Assembly (NCBI GenBank): GCA_002269645.1
Contig: NIVC01001111.1
Coordinates: 292,586 to 356,585, forward strand
Direction: 5' to 3'
Source: Macrostomum lignano
Taxonomy: Eukaryota
Length of the DNA: 64,000 nucleotides
The first letter of the stretch is position 1, and every line of letters starts with the position of its first letter. The translations under genes and the position numbers were made by a program. The notes beneath the pieces were generated by a model. The model was given only the letters and a program-made list of their open reading frames with translations, made no database searches and had not been told where the DNA came from. Shown here piece after piece: positions 1 to 11,000 of this stretch.

Positions 1-3000
1 CTGCTGGCCGACCTGTGCGCAAACAGCGGCTCCATTGCGATGTCCGAGGAGCACCGGCTGGCTCCGGAGCACTTGCTGGTCACCGGGCAGTGCTTGAAGA
101 AGGAGGACAGCTGGTAAGCGACATTCGCTAGGTGGGGGGGGGGGGGCAGGCAGCTCAGCGGTGTAACCTCTGACCTTCGCACCACTGACCCTGGTTCGAT
201 TCCGTGCGAGGCCAAATTCATTTGGAACTGAATTTTGCGGCTTGTGCACGAAAAGGTGGGTTAGGGTTGTCGTACGATTCACACCTATGAGGGCCAACCC
301 TCAAAGCACAGAGAGTGTACATGCCTGTTTCTTAGAAATTTAGGGAGGCTGTACACCCTGCGTGAGCGTTTTCACGATTTTATATTGCATTTTCAAACTT
401 TTTTTAACTCTTGATAATGTTGAGCTATCTTGTCTACTTACTGTCAGTAGCATCACGTAGTGCTTGTTATATCTATTTCAATGTTGGGCTGGCTCTGATG
501 GCGAGCCAAGTTGATTCTATATATTTTCTCTCCTTGCCTCTTAGCACGTCAGGCTTTAGGTCAGGGCCATAGATATACTTACGGTATTATCATCTACACC
601 AGTGCTATCATCGAATTTCTGACCAGATGCTTACGGCCACTGCATGCCAATGGTAATTGTGACGCATTACTAATGACGGCCCTGATTCCAAAACAGAGTA
701 CTCCAATTTGTTCACTAATTGTTCACCTGAGTCCGATTAACACTGCAAGTGAGCTTGATAAATCCCCAAAATTGAGCTTGATAAATCCCAAAAATTGAGC
801 TTGATAAATCCCATACATTGAGCTTGATAAATCCCCAAAATTGAGCTTGATAAATCCCAAAAATTGAGCTTGATAAATCCCATACATTGAGCTTGATAAA
901 TCCCCAAAATTGAGCTTGATAAATCCCAAAAATTGAGCTTGATAAATCCCATACATTGAGCTTGATAAACCCCAAACATTGGGCTTGATAAACCCCAAAC
1001 ATCGAACTTGATAAACCCAAACATTGATATTGATAAATCCAACAATTGAGCTTGATGAACACCAAATATTAAGCTTAATAAACCCCAAACTTAAGTTTGA
1101 TAAACCCCAAACATTGAGCTTGATAAGCCCTAACCATTGAGCCTGATAAACCCCACAATTGAGCTTGATAAACCCAAAAATTGAGCTTGATAAGCCCCAC
1201 ACTTAAGTTTGATAAACCCCACACATTGGGCTTAATAAACCCCAAACATTGAGCTTGATAAGCCCTAACCATTGAGCTTGATATGCCCCACAATTGAGCT
1301 TGATAAGCCCCACAATTGAGCTTGATATGCCCCACAATTGAGCTTGATAAGCCCCACAATTGAGCTTGATAAGCCCCACAATTGAGCTTGATAAGCCCCA
1401 CAATTGAGCTTGATAAACCCCAACAGGCTGGAGTTCCGCCTGAAGCTGTTACTGCAGGAGCCGCTGCGCAGAATTCACCTCCTGATCGAGCCGCAGTACC
1501 GAACCGACAAGAACTCCTGGGACGTGGCCAAACTAGCCAGCGGCAACCTGTTCCAGGTGGAGTCCGAGTTCGAATTCCTGGCGCTGCGAGTCCGCCAAGC
1601 CGCCATCCAGCGGGCCGAGGAGGCGCCGGACGCGTACCGGCTGAAGTTCGACCTGCACGTGATTGCCCTGATTTTCGAGCCGGCCAGCCCGCTGCTGCAG
1701 CGCATCGAGGGCTCCAACCCGGTGCCGGATTTCACCCGACGTGGCGGCAACGGCGAGAACTGCTGCAACAGTCTCGAGCTGGTGGTGGAGGACAGGAAGC
1801 TGTACGCCCTGCCAGAGTGCCTGAGCTGCCAGTCGGAGTACTTCCGCACTAAGATTGCCGACAGTCGCGACGCTTCTATTCGGCTGATGGGCAAGCGCTA
1901 CGAGGACGTGCAGCTGTTCCTGAGCCTGCTGTACCCGGGCAGCAAGTCTCGCCTGTCTGTGGAGGCGGCGCCCGCCATGCTAGCGATGGCCGATGAGTTC
2001 AAGGTTTGTGTTTATCACCTCTAAGCAGAGTTGCCCCTGGTTAATATGCTCCTTAATAGGCTTGTGTTTTTCGTAATTGCGGCCACGATGATAACTCGGT
2101 GATAGTTCGGTGATAGTTAACTCTGTGATAGTTTGGTGGTAGTTTGGTGAAAGTTTGGTGATAGTTTGGTGGTAGTTTGGTGGTAGTTTGGTGAAAGTTT
2201 GGTGAAAGTTTGGTGATAGTTTGGTGGTAGTTTGGTGATAGTTTGGTGGTAGTTTGGTGAAAGTTTGGTGAAAGTTTGGTGATAGTTTGGTGGTAGTTTG
2301 GTGATAGTTTGGTGGTAGTTTGGTGGTAGTTTGGTGGTAGTTTGGTAGTAGTTTGGTGATAGTTTGGTGGCAGTTTGGTAGTAGTTTGGTGATAGTTTGG
2401 TGGTAGTTTGGTGATAGTTTGGTGGTTGTTTGGTGGTAGTTTGGTGAAAGTTTGGTGATAGTTTGGTGATAGTTTGGTGATAATTTGTTGGTAGTTTGGT
2501 GGTAGTTTGGTAGTAGTTTGGTGATAGTTTGGTGGTAGTTTGGTGAAAGTTTGGTGATAGTTTGGTGATAGTTTGGTGATAATTTGGTGGTAGTTTGGTG
2601 AAAGTTAGCTCGCAGGAAGCACTTTAGGCAATGCCGCAAATAGAGGCGACAGTTGACCAGCGAGGAGAAAGCAAGCAGTCTGGCCCATTCTGCTGACGCG
2701 CACTCACACAGATACACGCTCATGTTCACCCACACTGGGTGTACAACGACCCTGACTTTCTGATTGTCAGGCATTCTAAAACTGAGTGCCTTGGGGGGTG
2801 GCCCTCATGGAATCTTTTGTACACAAGCCGCAAATAAATCTGGCCGCAAATGGAATCAAACCTGGGTGCTTTGGAGCGAGATACGGACTGTTGACCGCTG
2901 AGCTGCTCGCCCGGTAGGCACGGGGTGCAAATGGTCAGTTAAGGTCAGCTCCAGTTCATCTGATGGGACAGTGTTAGCAACACCGAGGTTTCAAGTTGAG

Positions 3001-3606
3001 ATTCCCGCAGAGTTAGCACTGTACAAGCTGTTCGGTTTGCAGAATAATGTTGGAATGATGAATTATTATAGAATGGCTCTCCGAGTCGACTCTGACAGTG
3101 GCCAGAACCGCATTTACAAATATTAGTTCATGCCTTGAGGTGTTCTTAGGTACGGATCGGAGAGAGACAACCATATACTTGTAAGAACAATGTTTTTACT
3201 CAAGACTCCCTAATGAGCAGATGCCTTCATGTTGAAGACGACTCGGTGGCAAAGTCTTATAAAACCTACCGTTTAAGCAGTCATTTCTGAATTAACTGTG
3301 GGTGACTCAGAGAATAAATAAGCTCAAACGCGTTCGTGTATTGCCGACCGACAACAGGTGCCGAACCTCAAGGCCACGGCTGAGCGCGTCCTGGTTGCCG
3401 GGATGCGCGCCGGCCGGATGTCGCCAGTGCGCGGCTTCCTGCTGGCCAGACGGCACACCAGCCGCCAGATGGAGGACTGCGCCACGCCGCTGTTCGCCAG
3501 AATGCCGCTGGCCGATCTAGACAAGGACGCGGCCTTCGCTGAGCTGCCCGACTGCGACAGAAGCCTACTGCTGTTGAAGAAGGTCCAGCTGATGGAGGGC
3601 AAGTGA
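1..3606 (+). CDS. BTB/POZ-domain protein, 5' end outside window; exons <1-113, 1427-2003, 3358-3606
   Basis: Phase-consistent GT-AG joins (TG|GTAAG at 114 to CAG|G at 1427 gives W; AAG|GT 2004 to CAG|GTG 3358). Exon 2 carries a BTB-like segment LELVVEDRKLYALPECLSCQSEYF...GKRYEDVQLFLSLLYP...MLAMADEFK; stop TGA 3604-3606. Confidence 0.8.
146..370 (+). mobile_element. SINE family A copy (tRNA-like head + hairpin body)
   Basis: A-box-like GGCAGCTCAGCGG, B-box GGTTCGATTCC, then family core GAGGGCCAACCC..GTGTACATGCC..CTGTACAC shared with other copies. Confidence 0.75.
751..1422. repeat. ~21-22 bp minisatellite (TTGAGCTTGATAAA(T/C)CCC...) in BTB intron 1
   Basis: About 30 visible tandem units; last unit runs into the CAG acceptor at 1424-1426. 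Confidence 0.95.
2098..2606. repeat. 12-bp minisatellite (GATAGTTTGGTG and variants) in BTB intron 2
   Basis: Direct inspection; produces the spurious (TITKLSPNYHQ)n minus-strand ORF. Confidence 0.95.
2695..2915 (-). mobile_element. SINE family A copy
   Basis: Reverse complement gives GCAGCTCAGCGG...GGTTTGATTCC head and core with CCTGAC/GTCAGG hairpin. Confidence 0.7.
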
Positions 3607-3948
3607 AAACTAATCAAGCTTCTCTTGTGACTGAGAAATTTTATTCGCTGCTGTCTCATTTTCCCGCCATAGCATTGCTTGTTTTCGATTTATTTTCCTC
3701 GTTTGTAGTTAACGCCAAGACTATTTGAATGCTGGGCACCGTTTGAGCAACCTGACTATCCCTGATGATGAGAATGGCTGGGTACCCTAATCAAGGATGT
3801 GCGTGTCCTGATGCAGGTGTAAAATCTAGAAAAATTAGACGGGAAAGCGGTAATTTTATAACCTTCTTCAGTAAAATTTCATACAGTAATACGAGTACTT
3901 CAATTTTTATGGTAAAATATTTTGCGTAAGAATAATCTCGTTGGAAAA

Positions 3949-4308
3949 GGGGGGCCGTAGCCCAGCGGTAGCGCAGCTGCTCTGGTGTGCCAGCGACCCA
4001 GGCTCGATTCCAAGTGCAGTCACATTAATTTGGGGCTGAATTGGAATCTCGGCTTGGCTCTGCTCGTGCAATTAACGGCCTTGAGAGCCAACCCCCCAAG
4101 GCGCAGTGAAGTGTACATGCCTAACGATAAATAAAGTTAGGGCCGCTGTACACTCCTGTGTGAGTGTGTGCCTGCGTACGTATCCGCGCGCTTGTATGCC
4201 TGCTCAGGGGAGTCGGCGGAATGGGCAGTAATGCCTCTCGCCGGTTGTGTGCCAATGTCGCTTATAGTGCGCCAGGGTGCACACAACCCCCCTGCCTCTA
4301 ATAAAAAA
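3949..4308 (+). mobile_element. SINE family A full-length copy with TSD
   Basis: GGGGCCGTAGCCCAGCGG A-box, GGCTCGATTCC B-box, hairpin core, AATAAAAAAAA tail; flanked by AATCTC(G/A)TTGGAAA at 3934-3947 and 4309-4322. Confidence 0.9.
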
Positions 4309-5133
4309 AATCTCATTGGAAACGTTCCTATAGTTTGAAATCCTGGCAAAATGGCGGGATGGGTGTCAAATTACACCCCAAAAGGTTAAAAAATGCATCA
4401 CAAGCATCCTTCTATCCATTCCCTACTAGTACCGACTGATTTACAGTTGTCCCTTTTTGTCACTTTTCTGCTTTATAGATGTTTTCATGGTGTGGTGTTG
4501 GCCCTACGCGTAGAAAGTACGCTCGTACCATGAGTCATGCTCTCATATATTTATATGAATACATCAGCCGATATCTATAACGAAAGACTCTTCAAATTAT
4601 TTACTCTTTAAAAAATAATTTTTAGTCTGTACTAAAATTGAAGCTTTTTACGCTTTTGAGAAACTGCAAATAAGCTGGTCTTAGCAATCAAATAAAACAA
4701 ATTTATAAACTTCTACACTATTTAAAGGATACTGTTTTCATCGACAGTTTAGAAAGCCGTGCTTTTGATTCGATTCATTAGTTAATTTTTTCACATGCCC
4801 GTTGGTTCAGCCCCGGTAGAGAGTCCCGGAGGAAAAGACTTCGAATATAACAATGCCCATTTTAGGAACTGGAGACAGCAAGTGGTTGACAGTTTGACTA
4901 GTAGTGTTAACACTGTTTTGCAAAGTTTTGCACTGATTTCAGTTTCGACTTTTAATTCTTGGAATTATTCGCCAAACAGGTTTCTGAGAAGATACACTCA
5001 TGAATGAACTAGTATCAGACCGATGCTTTAAAATAACTTCATTTGATGATAGAAAAAATACATCGTTAGACGCTTTCCAGCGAATCAATCAGTGAGGAAT
5101 GACAGTGTCTATCGAAGAACGTTACATTGCAGT

Positions 5134-6549
5134 CTACGAATCGGACTTCGTCATTAAGCTTACGCGGCTCTGTCGAAGAACGGCCTCCATGTTTAGCCGG
5201 CGATGTAGATCGTTGTCGATGCGGACGACACTGTCCGCCGAGACAGCCACGCTACAGACTCCGCCAGCTGCTTCAACATCGTCGAAAGCAATGACTAACG
5301 AAGTCGGAGAGCGCTGCAGAACTCTAGCCGTAAGGTAGGGACCGCTGACTGTTTTTCTCTTGTTCATCGACACCGGAGCCAACACCCAGTCGCCTAGCCG
5401 GATGCTCCGCCTCAGTCCATCGTCCAGGCAGATCAAGTCGGGCAGCGGCACGAAGCGGTAAGTGTAGACGGCGAATCCATCTGGCGCCTCAACCGGACCG
5501 AACTCCACTCGATAGATCGGTGAAACGTTGGTCTAAATAGATATAGTAGACGCACTGGTATCACGTATGAGGCATAGTTACAACGCCAAGATGTGAGCTA
5601 AAGCATGAAATCAAACCTGATCACAGCTGCTACAGTCGCGCACAATGCCTCCGTAAAACTGGCCATCCGACTGACGTCTGGCAAGGACCCGCTGTCCAAT
5701 AAGTGTACCAACAGCAGCACTTTGAGAAGGTGCCAACGATGGTGACGGTGGACGTGGCCGCGATCGTCGCGAGGTTTGAAACTTGATCCAGGATTGCGCG
5801 TTGAGCAAAGGGTCGCCGGACAGTGCAGCAGTGACTGGATACCGGCTCGGCAGACTATGGCTGCCGCCGCGTGCAGGTGACCAGGCGTGCGACACGCGTA
5901 GCACCGGGCCCACACGGTTGAGGCCGTCTCTGCCAACGCTGCTGATGCCGATTCTGGAAATGGTGAGCGAGCCAGCGGTGGCGACCGCCAGCCGGTTAAA
6001 AAACTCTGTCAGGCCCGCCTGGACTGGAACACCAGTCAACTCTGGACACACGCAGTGGATTCGGCATTTGGACTGACGACTGGCGCTCACAAAAGCAGCC
6101 AATTCGGCTTGTTGACCACCTTCCGGAAGGCCGTCCATTACAAGGCAGGCAGCGTCGCAGCCGTCGGCAGATAGAACGGCAGATAGAGCCGCCCTAGCGC
6201 CGCGGGAATCGCCCCGACAGCCGCATAAGCGAAGCCATCTGATTGCCGCATCCGCATCCGATTCATCTTCATCAAAAGCGTCAACTCCAGCTTCGCACCG
6301 TCTATTCAGCATCGTACACCATCGGTCGACCCGACCGGCCCCGAATCGAAGGAGAAAGCAGCGTCGACCAGTGCGCGTCAGCTGACTAAAAGCTTCTGCA
6401 AGCTCGTCCAGCAAGGGCTCGAACTTGGCGTGCATGCTGCCCGATGTGTCAATGGCGAACGCAATGCCCAATGTGGAGTCGGCTAGCGCGACATCAAAGA
6501 TCGTCGGTATCTTTTCTTCCTTACCATCTGTTCCTTGCAGAGCGCTCAT
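5134..6549 (-). CDS. vWA-domain + DUF4537 (Tudor-like) protein, VWA3B/C11orf16-like; exons 6549-5617 and 5532-5134 (~443 aa)
   Basis: MIDAS motif IAFAIDTSGSM; IGQRVLARRQSDGQFYGGIV and IRLGDWVLAP resemble the DUF4537 repeats of VWA3B/C11orf16; phase-0 intron CAG|GTTTGA ... TTTAG|ACC. Confidence 0.8.
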
Positions 6550-7740
6550 TGCTAACGTATAAGCCTATAGCTAAGCGTTGTCTTCAATTGTGGAAGCCCT
6601 GACTTCTGCGCTAGCCACTTTTGTTTAGTCCTTACGAATTAATTATTAACAGTATCGGAGCACGATTTGACTGAGAACAAACTAGAGAATAATACTGTAT
6701 GCATTCAACTGAGGCAGGTTATCGGCTACTGTTGTTTTAGTTTCTATGAGTTTTGTGACCAGATCGATCCGTGTGCACTGAGCCGAGCATCACACAAATC
6801 AGAACAACAGAACAGAACAGAACAACATCTCAAATTCACTATCTAGTTAGTGGCAGGAGCTGCGCGGATCCACAACAACGGCACAATGCGGGCTGTCTGT
6901 CTCTCCCTCTCAGCCTCATCTCCCTCGTCAAGCTCTGAGTTTTCGATTTAATTTTTTAGATTCTACATTCTCATTTTGCTTCCATTGTTTGGTCGACTCT
7001 CTCTCTCTCTCTCCTCGCTCTCGCACCCTCCTAGTATGTTCTACTATAACCACAGGCTTTTTTCCCAGGCAGACCAGCTCCTCTACCAAGTCGCCTTGAG
7101 GACTAAAGAATTGCCCCCCCCCCACTCTGGAGTGAGCACCGGCTACAGTTCACCACTCTCTTCCCTTCATTCTACAAGCGCATTCTCCCAATTTACCCTC
7201 GACGTTACCCCCTGGAGCATTGATTTTAGGCCCTGCTCAGACTGGCCAATGCCTGTGCTAGTAACGGCAAGCGTGCAGTCAACAAAAGAGGACTGACTCG
7301 CTTCTTCCCTCGCGACGCGTGTAGTAGAGAGAGAGAGATTTAGTCGGAAACCGAAGGGTTAGAAACTGTTTGCAGAGAATAAAACTGTGTCCGTACATTT
7401 ACCAGCCTGATCAATGCCGGCTGCTGGTTCGGCATTTGTTCTACCTGGCGCGACTGGCATTCACACAAATCCCAAACTGAAAGCAAATGAGTACAAATTT
7501 GCGTATGCCTGTCCTCTTCCTATTAAATCCATAGCAAAAAACCGAACAATAAAACCACCAGCGATTCGCTGAGGCTCAATAACAAATATCCGAGATACTC
7601 GTCAGCTATAGACAAATTTTAAGCTGCAGATAGGGCCGTTTTAGTTAGATAAACATCTTTCCAACCTTTAGTTCGGCTGAATTGACGATAGGCACCTCCT
7701 GACGGTTGCTGCAAAGGTGAGTGTGTGACTATTGAACAAG

Positions 7741-7880
7741 TCAGTTCATGAGTGATTCGGTTCATGAGTGATTCAGTTCATGAGTGATTCAGTTCATGAG
7801 TAATTCAGTTCATGAGTAATTCAGTTCATGAGTAATTCAGTTCATGAGTGATTCAGTTCATGAGTAATTCAGTTCATGAG
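7741..7880. repeat. 16-bp minisatellite (TTCATGAGTGATTCAG), left part, split by LTR element
   Basis: About 9 units ending at the LTR start; array resumes at 12335. Confidence 0.95.
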
Positions 7881-8076
7881 TGTAGTGTACGCCCCTCTAC
7901 GCCTGTAGGCTTGTATGTGACTATAGCTTGAGTTCTCTCGACCAACGTGCGCTAGCTCTGCCCCACCCCCCTTAACCATTGCATAACGTGGTAGCCGCAC
8001 GTCGGCAGTGACTATATATTAACTCAAATATATGGTCCACGAGACCACTTTATATTTCGCGCACAAGCGCACTACA
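7881..8076 (+). repeat. 5' LTR (196 bp)
   Basis: TG...CA termini; base-by-base match to 12139-12334. Confidence 0.97.
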
Positions 8077-11000
8077 ATGGCGTCGCAAGTCAGTTTACAG
8101 ACCCCCAGCAAATTGGACTTGCGCACGGACCCAAATGCAGCTCATACAAAATGGAAAAAATGGTCAGCCCAGTTTCAACTGTTTGCCGTCGCCTCTGGAA
8201 TAGACGACAAGAAAAGACTACGGCAGCTGCTGTTGTATTCGGCCGGCGAGGACCTGCAGACGATCGCCGCGGGCCTCACCGATGAGGCCGAGGGCAAAGA
8301 TATCGACACGCTCGTGGCCGCCTTGGACAGGCATTTCAACCGCAATCTGAACCTACCGTTCACTCGCTATCAATTCAGGCTCTGCACGCAACGGTCTGGC
8401 GAGCCCACGGACGAGTGGCTTCAGCGTCTCCAAGAAGCCGCCGACTGCTGTGGCTTCGAGGGTCTCAGAGACTCTCTGATTCGAGACCAGCTGATCGCTG
8501 GCTGCAGTTCCGAGCAGCTCCGCCGGAAACTGTTGGCAATGGACAATGTGGACCTGAAGCAGGCGCTCCGGGTGGCCAGGGCCATGGAGGCGGCGGAAGC
8601 CCAGGCGAGCGTCATGGAGGCCAACGAGGCGTCCGTGCAGCGGCTCCGTCGGCAGGAGGCCAGTGGGGCGTCCAACAACCGTCGACAGCCACAGACCACG
8701 CAGTCCCCCGGCGGCAAGCAGCTCAAGTGCATCAGGTGCGGAGCCCCGGGCCACCGCACATGCAACGCAGCTGAAGGCAAGACGTGCCGCCGCTGCGGCA
8801 AACGAAACCACCTGGCAAGAGCCTGCCTGTCCGCACTAAAGGGAGACGTCCGCGTCTTGCAGGCCGACAGCGATAGCTCAGAGGTGGAGGATGGCGTCTT
8901 TTGCCTGACCGTTGCAGCCACCGGCACTGCGGCAGTCGGCGCCAAGACAACAGTGCTCGTCGGTTCAACGCAGCTGCCGGTTCTGGTGGACAGCGGCGCC
9001 GACTGCAATATCCTCACTGAGCGGGCCTGGCGCACGCTGCCGGGACCCCCGCGGCTGCAACCGAATCGCACTAAAGTCTTCGCCTACCGCTCATCCAAAC
9101 CGCTCAGCACCCTGGGAGCATGCAGTCTGCAGGTGTCAGCCGGGCAGGACAGCCAGGCGGTCCGCTTCATTGTCATCCCGGGCGACGGCACGAACATCTT
9201 GGGGCGCGAGGCATCAACCTTGCTGCGCCTTCTGAGCCTGGGTCCCCAGGTCAACGTAGTTGCGTCTTCCGAGACGGATGATCCAGCTATCCGGGCTGTG
9301 GTCGAGCGATTTCCGGAGCTCTTCAAGGGTCTTGGCAAGGTCAAAGACGTCTCGGTACAGATTAACATCAAGTCCGACGCCAGGCCTGTCTGCCACCCGC
9401 CATCTCGAGTCCCAGTGCACCTCCGGGAGGCGCTGGACCGCGAGCTAGACGAGCAGGAGCAGCTCGGCATCATCCAGCCCGTCGAAGGTCCAACGCCGTG
9501 GGTCAGCCGCATCGTCGTGGTGCCGAAGGAGGACGGCAAGAGTGTGCGAATCACACAGGATCTTCGGGACGTAAACAAAGCGGCACTGAGGGAGCGGCAC
9601 CAGATCCCGACCTTCGAAGAGGCCACAAGCGACATGGCGGGGTCGACGGTCTTCTCCAAACTCGACATCTTCAAGGCGTTTCATCAAATTGAGATCAGCG
9701 AGGACAGCCGCAGGTTCTTTGTGTTTTCTACGCCCCGAGGAATGCGTCGGCTGACCCGCCTAAGCATGGGCTTTGCCTCTGCCTCGGAGATACTCCAACG
9801 CGTAATGCAGCGAGTGCTGGCGGGACTGACCGGCGTAAAGTGGATCCACGATGACATCATAATCCACAGTCAGGACCTGGAGTCTCACCAGGCACACGTG
9901 GCTGCCTGTCTGGCTAGACTGCGAGAGCACGGCATCACCCTGAACGCCAGCAAGTGCCACTGGGGCATCAGCAAGGCCAAATTCATGGCCATGACGCTGT
10001 CGAAGTATGGAATTCAGCCGTCAGAAGAAAAGATCGCAGCGCTGCAGGCCTTCAAGGACCCCCAGTCGGTCAAGGAGGTCCGGTCATTCTTGGGGTTGGC
10101 AAACCACCTCGAGAAGTTCATTCCGCAGTTGGCAGCCAAGGCGGAGCCCCTCAGGCGGCTGGTACGAAAGGGCCAGGAATTCGTCTGGGACAGCGAGCAG
10201 CAGCAGGCCTTCCAGGCCGTCAAAGACGGCATCTCCGAGAGCTCCACTCTGGCCTTCTTTGACAAGCAGCTGCCGACTGAGCTGGTGGTCGACGCATCGC
10301 CCGTCGGTGTCGGTGCCATCCTGCAGCAGCGACATTCCGGCGGCCTGACTCGCCCGGTGGCCTACGCGAGCCGAACCCTCAGCGACGTCGAGCGGCGGTA
10401 CAGTCAGATCGAGCGCGAGGCCCTGGGCGTCAAGTTCGGTTGCCTGAAGTTCGCGTTCTACCTTGAGGGCTGCCCGCACTTTGATGTCTACACTGACCAC
10501 AAGCCGCTGCTCGGCATCTACAGGGCGGACTCTAGGCCGCCGCCCCGGCTCGAGCGTATTGTGCTGCAGACCCAGCACTTCTCGTTTACGCTGCACTACC
10601 GCAAGGGCGAGGACAATCCGGCAGATCCCCTCAGTCGCAACCCGCTGCCGAGCGCATCGCCCGGCAAAGGCGAGGCCGCAGAGACTCGACTGCTCAACGC
10701 TGTTGTCCAGGCAGCCACGCCGAAGGGCCTGACAGTCGACAAGGTCCAGGCTGCAACCGAGTCGGACCCGACCCTGACGGCCGTCATGCAGGCGCTGGCA
10801 ACCGGGAACTGGAGCTGTGGTGCGACAGCGCCAGCGCACAGCTTCCGGTCTCTGAAAGACGAACTCAGCGTCCACGCAGGCCTGCTGCTCCGAGGCAGTA
10901 GAATTGTCATCCCAGCAGAACTGCAGCAGTTGACCATCGGCCTGGCGCATCAGGGTCACCTGGGCCAGAAAAAAACGTGCGATCGACTTCAACGCAAGGT

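Noticed and set aside
715-2774. Repetitive minus-strand ORFs over the first two arrays
   Set aside because: Minisatellite translations inside BTB introns.
3949-4030. tRNA gene
   Set aside because: A/B boxes present but no complete cloverleaf; continues into a SINE body with TSD. Same for the other SINE heads.
4355-4388. piggyBac-like end (GGTGTCAAATTACACC...GGTTAA)
   Set aside because: No partner end identified.
6976-7296. 106-aa ORF between the vWA gene and the LTR element
   Set aside because: TTG start, low-complexity N-terminus, no domain or splice support.
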